From: Antedon mediterranea
Taxonomy: Eukaryota > Animalia > Echinodermata
Direction of reading: 5' to 3'
Assembly: GCF_964355755.1 (NCBI RefSeq)
Contig: NC_092670.1
Coordinates: forward strand, 35,390,388-35,454,387
DNA: 64,000 bases
A program made the translations under genes and the position numbers. Below are positions 1 through 12,060 of the stretch, one piece after another (the first letter of the stretch is position 1; each line of letters starts with the position of its first letter). The notes below the pieces were generated by a model. That model was not told the DNA's origin and did not search any database. It saw only the letters and a list, made by a program, of their open reading frames with translations.

Positions 1-2680
1 CAATTAGTGGCCATTTTTCAACAATTTTCCTGTACTATTAGTACAGGGATTTTTTTCGATAAATGGCCAAAATGTCATCTTTTTAAAATTCAATAATTAT
101 GCGATAATATTGCAAAACCAAAAGGGTCGAAAATTGGCTATTTTTCGAAAAATTTCCTGTACAGGGAAATTTTCGAAAGATGGCCCAAAAATATCCACCT
201 TTTAAAATTCAATAATTATGCGATAATATTGCCATATGTGTGCATATATTGTGTTATTATCATCTTATAGGGCCATAGTAACTAGTTACGTCAAAAATAA
301 AAGGGTCGAAAATTGGATATTTTTCAAATATTTTCCTGTACTATAATACAGGGAAATTTTCTAAAAATTCAATAATTATGCGATAATATTGCCATATGTG
401 TGCATATATTTTGTTATCATCATCTTATAGGGCCATAGTAAATACTTATGTTAAAAATAAAAGGGTCGAAAATTGGCTATTTTTAGAAATTTTCCTGTAC
501 TATATTACAGGGAAATTTTCGAAAAATGACAAATTTTCGACCCTTTTATTTTTAGACATAAATGGTTACTATAGCATAATAAACATGCGCAGAGTCGAAT
601 AATGGGTTTTGCGCATTTCAATTATGCTATAGTAACCAATTATGTCAAAAAATAAATTGGTCGAAAATTATTTTCAGATATAAATGGTTAATATAGCATA
701 ATAAAAATGCGCAGAGTCGAATAATGGGTTCTGCGCATGTCAATTATGCTATAGTAACCAGTTATGTCAAAAAATAAAATGGTCGAAATTTGGCAATTTT
801 TGGTAAAAATTCCTGTACTATAGTACAGGGAAAATTTTCGAAAAATGACCAATCTTCGACCATTTTATTTTTAGACATAAATGGTTACTATAGCATAATA
901 AACATACGCAGAGTCAAATAATGGGTTCTGCGCATGTCAATTATGCTATAGTAACCAGTTATATCGAAAAATAAAAAGGTCGAAATTTGACCATTTTTGG
1001 AAAAAATCCCTGTACAGGGAAATTTTCAAAAAATGACCAATTTTCGACCCTTTTATTTTTAGACATAAATGGTTACTATAGCATAATAAACATGCGCAGA
1101 GTCGAATAATGGATTCTGCGCATGTCAATTATGCTATAGTAACCAGTTATGTCAAAAAATAAAATGGTCAAAAATTATTTTTAGACATAAATGGTTACTA
1201 TAGCATAATAAACATGCGCAGAGTCAAATAATGGGTTCTGCGCATGTCAATTATGCTATAGTAACCAGTTATATCGAAAAATAAAAAGGTCGAAATTTGA
1301 CCATTTTTGGAAAAAATCCCTGTACTATAGTACAGGGAAATTTTCCAAAAATGACCAATTTTCGACCCTTTTATTTTTAGACATAATTGGTTACTATAGC
1401 ATAATAAACATGCGCAGAGTCTAATAATGGGTTGTGCGCATGTCAATTAAGCTATAGTAACCAGTTATGTCAAAAAATAAAATGGCCGAAAATTATTTTT
1501 AAACATAAATGGTTACTATAGCATAATAAACATGCGCAGAGTTGAATAATGGATTCTGCGCATGTCAATTATGCTATAGTAACCAGTTATATCAAAAAAT
1601 AAAAAGGTCGAAATTTGGACATTTTTGGAAAAAATCCCTGTACTAGTACAGGGAAATTTTCGAAAAATTACCAATTTTCGACCCTTTTATTTTTAGACAT
1701 AAATGGTTACTATAGCATAATAAACATGAGCAGAGTCGAATAATGGATTCTGCGCATGTCAATTATGCTATAGTAACCAGTTATGTCAAAAAATAAAATG
1801 GTCGAAAATTATTTTTAGACATAAATGGTTACTATAGCATAATAAACATGCGCAGAGTCGAATAATGGGTTCTGCGCATGTCAATTATGCTATAGTAACC
1901 AGTTATATCGAAAAATAAAATGGTCGAAAATAATTTTTAGACATAAATGGTTGCTATAAGCATAATAAACATGCGCAGAGTCGAATAATGGGTTCTGCGC
2001 ATGTCAATTATGCTATAGTAACCAGTTATATCGAAAAATAAAAAGGTCGAAATTTGGCCATTTTTGGACAAAATTTATAAAAATGGCCAAAATATCCACT
2101 TTTTAAAATTCAATAATTATGCGATAATATTGCCATATGTGTGCATATATTGTGTTATCATCATCTTATAGGGCCATAGTAACTAGTTATGTCAAAAACA
2201 AAAGGGTCGAAAATTTGCTATTTTTCAAAAATGTTCCTGTACTATAGTACAGAGAAATTTTCGAAAAATTGCTAAAATATCCACTTTTGAAAATTCAATA
2301 ATTATTCGATAATATTGCCATATGTGTGCATATATTGTGTTATCATCTTATAGAGTCATAGTAACTAGTTATGTCAAATAATAAAAGGGTCAAAATGCGG
2401 CTATTTTCGAAAATGTTCATGTACAGGTTTTTTTTTTTTTAAATTGACAAAATATCATTAAAATTATTATTGATGTAACATGCATAGAACATTTGATTCT
2501 GCGCATGCTCAGAACACATTCTGCAATTGCTCAGAACACATTCTGCACATGGCAATTATGATTTTTTTTTTGATTTTTCGAAAATTTGTTGAGGTAACAT
2601 GTGAGTCTGTGCATGTAATTTATAGTATAGTTAAGTAATAAAAGGGTCGAAATTTGGCTATTTCTCGAAAAAAATGTGTG
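1..2680. repeat. Complex satellite-like tandem array built from palindromic units
   Basis: Core units recur at ~122 bp and ~190-197 bp spacing over ~560-2060. Each contains GGTTACTATAGCATAAT...ATTATGCTATAGTAACC and ACATGCGCAGA...TCTGCGCATGT inverted pairs. Longer units add the palindrome CCTGTACTATAGTACAGG. A second unit type (aattcaataattatgcgataatattgccatatgtgtgc...) flanks the core at ~85-480 and ~2105-2380. Confidence 0.9.
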
Positions 2681-2806
2681 TTTCACAATTTCTTGTAGCT
2701 TGTGAAAGTATGTATTTGAATATTTTAAGAGCATTTCAATTTTGTTGTGAATACTTTTTTAAACAAAATGTATCTAAAATACATGCTGGTAACTAAGCAT
2801 TAAAAT

Positions 2807-5800
2807 TTAATCTTCAATGTGAAAAGTAGAAGTACATAGATGGTAGTAAATGGCAGGATAGGTGTTGACATTCATCCAAAGCTCTGATGCAATTTCTGTG
2901 TAGGTGAATATACAGTATGTATAACCTACTAACAAACAGAGATATATACTTGCCAATTATATGGCAATGTCACCATGGAATCATTTGCCCACCACAGTTG
3001 ATACAGTTTGTCTTTAAAAACATTTTAGACCAGTCATCTAAGGAGAAAATATAAAGAACAATTACTTTTCCTCTAGAAGAAACACTGTTCCACCTAACTT
3101 CTGTTCCATTAAAAACCAAACCCTGTACCATCACTACCTCATCTCATCTGATACCCTACCACCAATCCACCTGACACCCTACCACCAAAGCACCTGATAC
3201 CCTACCACTAATCCACCTGATACCCTACCACCAATCCACATGATACCCTACCACTAATCCACCTGACATCCTACCACCAATCCACCTGACACCCTACCAC
3301 CAATCCACCGGACACCCTACCACCAATCCACCGGACACCCTACCACCAATCCACCTGATACCCTACACCTAATCCACCTGTTACCCTACAACCAATCCAT
3401 CTGACACCCTATAACCAATCCACCTGATACCCTACCACCAATCCACCTGGCACCCTACCACCAATCCACCTGATACCCTACCACTAATCCACCTGAAACC
3501 CTACCACCAATCCATGTGACACCCTACAACCACTCCACCTTGATACCCTACCACCAATCCACCTGGTACCCTACCACTAATCCACCTGGTACCCTACCAC
3601 CAATCCACCTGATACCCTACACCTAATCCACCTGATACCCCACCACCAATCCACCTGATACCCTACCACCAATCCACCTGAAACCCTACCACCAATCCAC
3701 CTGACAACCTACCACCAATCCACCTGACACCCTACCACCAATCCACCTGATACCCTACCACCAATCCACCTGACACTCCACTACCAATCCACCTGACACC
3801 CTACAACCAATCCACCTGATACCCTACCACCAATCCACCTGAAACCCTACAACCAATCCACCTAGCACATCACCAATCCACCTGGCACCCTACCACCTGA
3901 CACCCTACAACCAATCCACCTGATACCCTACCACCAATCCACCTGACACCTTACCACCAATCCACCTGATACCCTACCACCAATCCACCTGACACCCCAC
4001 CAACCAACTCACCTGACACCCTACCACCAACTCACCTCACACCCTACCACCAACTCACCTGACACCCTACCACCATGCCCACCTGGCACTCCACCACCAA
4101 TCCACCCGACACCAACCCCCCTTACACACCCCCAAACTGAAATATCAATGTGTTATTTTTGTTCTTACAGTGGATTTGTTACTTTTCCATTTTTGTTTGT
4201 ACAACTCAATCGTGATCCAAATTAAAGCAATATTTTCAAAATAAATCTCATTTCATAATACCAAACACTTAAAGAGGATATGCAACAAATTCAAATGTTA
4301 TCCATTGGATATGTACCTGCTTTCGGCTTTATTGCAATGGCACCGCAAATATCACAGTAATTCGTCTGTGACCTTTGACACAACTGTAATGATTGACTAC
4401 ATCGTCCTATATTTAACAAAAAAAACAACCAAAACTAATAACTATTTTTGTTTCAGAAAATGCTAACACAAATTGTTGTTGACAAAGAAATTAAAGTCAA
4501 AGCAGTTAGGTAGGGGCGCCCCGAACCATAAGCCAAATCGGCAGATTTTATAAGGCTCTCCTTGACTACATTTCTGGTACAACGTTTTAAAAATGGAGGT
4601 CTAGTGTGCAAATCTGGCTTGTGTGCACTTCATTGTAGGGTTTACCACAGTTTCCTCCTCAGCCTCCGTTGTTGTGGACAGACACATTGACAACAGTTTC
4701 AACTTGGTGACGGTTATTATATAAAAGCGCAATATAAATAAATATGAATTAATTACTGTATATAAATATGAATCTATTATTTATCATAGTCAACTAACTA
4801 GTGAATCTAAAATCTAAATATCGTCCATGTACGCATTTGATTAAAGATGTATTGTCCCTTAAAAACATGAAAAATTAAGATAAATTTAATAGGTTACTTT
4901 GTAGTTTTAATCAATTTAATCACTTCCATAGGAAAACTAAATTTAAAAATAATGTTTTTACCTATAAAATAACAAAATAAATGGTTTCATTCAACCAAAA
5001 ACTCATTGGCTGGCAGCCAATTGGACTATTTTTGGCTTTAGATTACATTTTTTCAGTTAAATAATTTTTTGTTTTGATCCAATTTTTAGTCAAAGTGGAT
5101 AACTTTTATGTGACATGAAAATGGTATATTCAGTCAAAAATGTTTTAAGAATTATTTTTTCAGGGGGACAATACATCTTTAAAACTTGAATACAATATTC
5201 AATTGTGTTTTAACAAAATTATCAGTTTAATACTTATGTTTATGTGTAATAATTTCTCAGAAATGAAATATCTAGCACATTTCCTGTACATACATAAATC
5301 ATCTTTCGACAATAAACATTTCTTGGAAGACATTTTCCCATTAAAGCATTTAAAAATATTTACAAATTATGATTTATGATCGTTACTGAAATTAGCATTT
5401 ATTTAAAACATTATGTCATTCCATCAGATTATAAATCAATACATCTTCATAAAGTTTACTACAACAATGTACTGCAGTAATCAATCATAGTACTGTACAT
5501 ATATTAATTAAACAAATAATATTTGCATACTTACTCCAGTTGTGTTTGTTTTTGCATTCATCTTCATATATATTAGTAAATGGAATATGTGAATTCACAT
5601 TAAGAAAAATGATACATTATTGATTATATAAAATAAATTTCAAAAATCTTTGTCAAAAATCAATAGAAGTATAAAGTATTGTACATAATATTTCAGCGAG
5701 CACATATATCATATTCCTATTTATTTTTGTGATTAAACTAACAGCAGAAGCATTACTTACCATATCAAGTTCATCAGTATCAATCAGTGTCAATTTGTCT

Positions 5801-8800
5801 TATCACCGTATCATCATCTTGTCATATCATATTACTAAAATCATCAACATTTTTTTCTGACATTTTCTTCAATATGCATTGTCATAATAAACATTTTGCC
5901 AATTATTCTCATATCATATTCCATCATATTCATTATCATCATCATCATTAGTCATATCATATTACTAAAATCAACACCACTGTAATCTGACAAATTATTT
6001 TCTCATTATTATCAACATTTTATTCAATATGCATTATCATACTAATCATCTTCCCAATTATTCTCATATCATATTCTTTACTATCATCATCTTCAATAAT
6101 CATACATATTATCAATTTAATTATCTCTATCATCATCACATCAATATGTATCCATCCTGTAAATAGAGAATTCTCGCTGTTGAGTGTAAATAAGATAAAA
6201 TCCTCTTTCACTACTTTTCATCATCATAATCTTACCCATTCACATTTTTGTTATCATTGTCATAACCATTATCATCATCAGATCATTATCCTTTATCACT
6301 TAAAATAATCGAAAAGGATATCATTTTGACACAAACAACAGGATTCCCTATGTGTAATATTTGGGTTCGTCTTCTTCAACGAGTCGTAAATATTGTTTAC
6401 TAACATCTTCTCTTCACCATCGCAAAGTGCGTTGCAACTTGACAGCCAGTTGAGGGCGACGTAAACTGTGGATATTTCTGAAAAAACGCACCAAACCAAA
6501 AAATTACCAAAAAAACATGAATGTTAATGTACATTTAAACATTAGTCTAATTTTTCCTGCAGCAAATAATAGGGCTAAAGTAACCTTTTCTATAATCTTG
6601 GCTTTGTAGACCATGTATTGTAGATTTCTGTCCTACCATGGTTAATTTAAACAAAATCCTTCCATGCTGCATTGCATAATATAACTTTTAAAAACATCTG
6701 TCCTGACGTCCATATGGTGTTACTTAAGCTCTGTCTACACTATCAAACTAGTTTGACAAAAAAAAGTGTGATGTGTCCAAATATGGTAGTGATATGCACA
6801 AATATGGTAGTGACATGACGGTGGACTAGAACACTAAAAGAGGAAAGAATTTGTAAAGTTTGTAACAATAATTTAGTTGAAAACAAGTTTCATTTTGTTA
6901 TGTCCTTTATATAATAATGTAATTTAAGTAAAAAAGAAAATATTTATTCTAACCTTGCTAAGTTCATTTACTTTGCTTATAAAAAGAGAAAGCTTTATTT
7001 AACGCACTTGTTTATTTTATTTTTTGTATTTGGGCCAATTGCCTACGTATAATAAATGGCCTATACTCCTAGGAAAGAAAGACATCATATGTCTATATAT
7101 GGCGCCGTAGTTGGCTGCCGATGACACGATGTGACCCTTAGGGGAGAAGAATGTTGTTGAAAAGGTGTAACATCAAAGTACACAGCACTCTGACCTTCAT
7201 GAAATAGTGCTATAAATGTCGCATACATACATACATTACATATACATCACATTTTTGACACATTAATAAAGTTTAGTAGTTTATACAGATCTTTATAATA
7301 ATAATAATTTATTTAAAAAAACTGAAAAAAAAAAGAATTAAGAATGGATAGACGAGTAGAAAACAAATTGAAAAACAAAGGCAAATACGTTCAAGTAGTG
7401 ACAGACTCTTGACAGAGATCAGAGAGATCCATCATTCGCAAAGTAGAATCTACACTTGTGGATTAAAATATAATTTATAATGTATATGATAATGATGAAG
7501 TGAGAATCAATATTGTTTGACATATATTATGATTTAATATTACAGCCAATTTATAACTCCAAAATCATAATTTCAAATGATTTAAAAAGCTTGCCTTAAT
7601 ATAATCCAGATAGTATGGCGACCTACATCTTTTTCTTACAAATAAAAAGGTGGTTTAAAAAATAATATTCAACCTTTAACCTATCATCCATTACTGCGTT
7701 CTGATTGGTCAAATTGCTGTTCTAGTATAACGACCATGCTTCTTAGTACACTAGAACCCCTTCATTCGGACACATACAGTATTTAGGGACAGTACTTTCC
7801 AATAAAACGAATGAGGAATGTTTTAATATTATGGCCAAAATGCCTCTATTCAGGATACTTTGTTTGGTCCTGTATTTAATAGATGATTTTATACAAAACC
7901 TAAATAAGTTATTGTCATTTGATTGGATGATTGATGGTCACATGGCGTGGAATAGTACGCACTAAAACATATTAAGAAATTTTTCAATTCAGTAGTCATG
8001 TTAAAAAAAGGGTTAATGCATTTTTCAGTAATTCTATTACTACTACTTTAAACCATAAATATGCCATAGTTTTTACCTGTTTCTGTGAAAGATTGTTGTG
8101 AGACTTCCCAGAGCCTAAGGGAAGCCATTAAGTGCTCGGCTAAGAGGGTTTCAGTTATCTTGTCTGCCTCTGCTTCCTGTCAACACAAATAAAAGGAAGT
8201 GATCATTATTTAAAATGATGGGGATGAAATACAATTCTCCCAATATCAGACATTCTTTGGCTGGCCTGATTTTGTAATAACAATTCATCAATTTTATCAA
8301 CAAGTTTTAACAATTAGTAATACAATTTAAATCATTAAATTGACTTTTAATTTATTACTTAATAAATTAAATAATTTAAATATAGTAATAAACCAACAAC
8401 ATGTATATGGTATTTTGAATGTGTTTTTAAAATCTAAAAAGATTTAGGACCATTTTTGGAAAAAATGGTTTTAGAAGAGTTTCTGCTTTTCAGAGTCCGG
8501 TTAGGAGCGTTATTTTCCATTTCATTGATAAAAAAGGAATCAAAATATAAAGCACTGATACAGATCAGCAAATCTGTACTGTCACCGCCAATTCTTTTAA
8601 ATTGATGCTTATGAATTTTAAATATTTGTTGGAATTTCTAAATTGGGGCATCCATAACCAATTATGTAAAACTCATTCAAATTGTTGAAGAATTATTTGA
8701 GTACAGACTTAGGGGAATTAATCATTTTAGACATTACTGAAATTGGTTGATGGAAAACACGATTTGTAATGTACACACACGATGCATTCTGGGAAAAGTG

Positions 8801-11800
8801 TTACAATATAGATTGTACATTTGGGTTTACTATACAAACACACTAGCATATAAATGAGATCAACTGAAATCGAATGAATTATTGTAAAGTGGATTATTTA
8901 AATTACCAATGCTAATCTTCAAAAAAAAAATTTCAAATCATCAGTATTGAATCAATTACTCTACATCCATAATACTGAAGTGGCACTTAAATACTTCACT
9001 TTGGTACTATAATATTACTGATAAACTATTGTAACATGTGATGCCAATGTCATAAGGGCAAATAAGATGGCCACTACAAATAAAGTTTAACATGTATTAT
9101 AATAAACTTTATTAAAACAATAAGTGTTATAAAATATATATATAAAAAAGCATGGAAAAAGTATCCCATTGGAAAATATTTTCTAAATTATTTAGTTTAA
9201 ATGGCCGTTGTCAGTGCCTGTCAAACAATGTCATTATTACCTCTCACTAAAAATGGTGTGCTATATAAATCCAAAGGCAAATTATTGAAAAAAGGATACT
9301 GCTGTGGGTATCAGTGGCAGGATCCCAATGGAGATGAATAATAAGCAAAAAAGCTAAAACAAAATAATAATAATATATACAAAAAATATTTATAGTGCTT
9401 TTGAGATTTATTCTAAACACAAATTGTTTAGTAAATGATGTTAAATATTCTCCTAAAAAGTAGATAAATGTGTATAAACAGTCATAAATATAATGGTGTG
9501 AACATACTTTATGCATTCCAAATTTTATGGGATCTGTACTTTGATAAAGTAATCATTCCACAAATTTAAAAATGTTTATAATTTTGGACTAATTCCAACA
9601 AAATTGTAAAACTTTATATAGGAAGGAATGAATTGCTTGTAATAATCAATTATTTTAAGAAAAAGTTTAAATTAAATTAGCATAAAATTAGTATGGAATA
9701 AATTAATAATTAATTCTAAAAAAGGTTTAATTAAATTTAAAAAAAAGTGTAATAAAAGTTTTAAAAAGTTGTGCATATTGTAACTATTGACAGTTTCAGG
9801 TCACACCATTTTTAGTGAGAGATAATAACGACATTGTTTGACAGGCACTGACAACGGCCATATAAACTAAATAATTTAGAAAATATTTTCCAATGGGATA
9901 AGTCGGTCTCCTTAAAGGCCGGTACACACTGAAAAAAAATACACAAGGAGCATCAAATCACACCATAAGTTTGACGGTTAGTGTGAACATCCAATTAAAA
10001 ATGTGCAAGTTTAATTCAACTTTTATTGTCAGCGACTGACTTTTTGTCTGAAACTTTATTATACCTCAAGTACTATACGTATGAAATGCTATATGTGCCA
10101 AAATATTTATCTTTTTACCAATATTAGGTCGAAATGCTGTCTATAACCTAGACTGGTATTATCAGTACAATAATATCTAAGTTTCAGTTGGAGTATTCTA
10201 TTTTTCAACAACAAATTATTCATTTCAATTTCATAAAGTAAATTATCTTGATTTTCTAGATTTAAAACATATTATTCATAGAATAAAAAAACATGATTGA
10301 TTACAATATAATTTAAATTAATGAGAAACCATTAGTAGTAATTGTATTAGCTCAAGAGAATTGCCCAACTCATAAAAAATTAAGCACAATGGCAATTTCG
10401 AAAAAATTATATTGCTATATAAATCCAAAGGCAAATTACTGAAAAAAGGATACTGCTGTGGGTATCAGTGGCAGATCTCAATGGAGATAGATAATAAGCA
10501 AAAAAGCTAAAACAAAATAATAATAATATATACAAAAAATATTTATAGTGCTTTTGAGATTTATTCTAAACACAAATTGTTTAGTAAATGATGTTTAATA
10601 ATCTCTTTAAAATAAAAGTAGACAAATGTGTATAAACAGTCACAAATATAATGGTGTGAACATACTTTATGCATTCCAAATGTTATGGGATCTGTACTTT
10701 GATATAGTAATCATTCGACAAATTTAAAAATGTTTATAATTTTGGACTAATTCCAACAAAATTGTAAAAGTTTATATAGGAAGGAATGAATTGCTTTTAA
10801 TAATCAATTATTTTAAGAAAAAGTTAGTATGGAATAAATTAATAATTAATTCTAAAATGAGGTTTAATTAAATTTTTTTTAAAGTGTAATAAAGTTCTAA
10901 AAAGTTGTGCATATTGTAACTATTGACAGTTTCATGTCACACCATTTTTAGTGAGAGGTAATAATGACATTGTTTGACAGGCACTGACAAAGGCCATATA
11001 AACTAAATCATTTAGAAAATATTTTGTAATTTATTAAAATTTCTCACCATATTTGTAATGGTTTGCTGACGATTGTGGTCTTCTTCTAGACCATGAGGGC
11101 GCTTTCTTTCGCATATTGCTTTCAATTTGCAGTTGAAGAGATTCAACTGGTTCAAATATTTATTATGGCCTTTGCTCTTTGCATCAGGTTTTGGAATAGA
11201 TAACTGATCAACCTCCTCATCATCAACAGCAGTAGCAACAGATTGACGAAATAACTCTAGATACTCCAACTTGTTTGCAATATCCTCACCTAGGGCAAAA
11301 TATAAACCATATATATTATTATTTTTAAATTCTATTTTGACAAACCAAAATTAGTAACTGACCTGAATGACACTTTTAGTGCTCATTTCACGAGTACTTT
11401 CTTCAGAGTGACGACTATATTGTTAAGCAAAATGCTCACCGTTAGGTGGCGTTCACCTAGTAACAATAGGGTCGTATACGTGACTCAGGAAATGGGCGCC
11501 TTTGTCTCGGTTCATGGTTTTCTCTCCTCTTCGTCTGCCTGATCCATATTGTCCCCTTGATGCGTCTGGTGTTTCCATCTTCTGCCCTGTCTATGATCCT
11601 ATTGTTAGGCGAACAATGAGCGCTGGAACTGTCAGTTACTAATTTTGGTTTGTCAAAATAGAATTTGAAAATAACGTATCTTCAACCCAGATGAACATTT
11701 TCAATCAATTATATATATTAATTAGTTCCATTCCTAAATTGTTTATATCTACCAAGCTATCTTCATTGTTTTCTACTCTTACTCTCTCACCAGCCTATTT

Positions 11801-12013
11801 TTTTTATTTTTTTTTATTTCAGTCCACTCAGGCAGTGCTTTTCTTCCTAAATACTTTTTCCAAGTACTCTTATCTGCACTGATGAAGGGCTAGTAATGCC
11901 GGAAAGCTCTGCTTATTTTTCTGGCTGTTTTACTTTATCATTTTGATTTAGCTTTTTGCTTTATTAGGTTATATGCATGATATGCATATAACCTCTTGAT
12001 TCTGTCAAAATCT

Positions 12014-12060
<47 letters not shown>

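Noticed and set aside
396-1446. ORFs 396-602, 946-1128 and 1198-1446
   Set aside because: They are translations of satellite units.
560-2060. CRISPR-like regularly spaced palindromic repeats
   Set aside because: The spacers are themselves repeated, the units are over 120 bp, no cas genes are present, and the context is eukaryotic.
6296-6298. Selenocysteine or read-through at the GTF3C4 TGA
   Set aside because: It is immediately followed by TAA and further stops.
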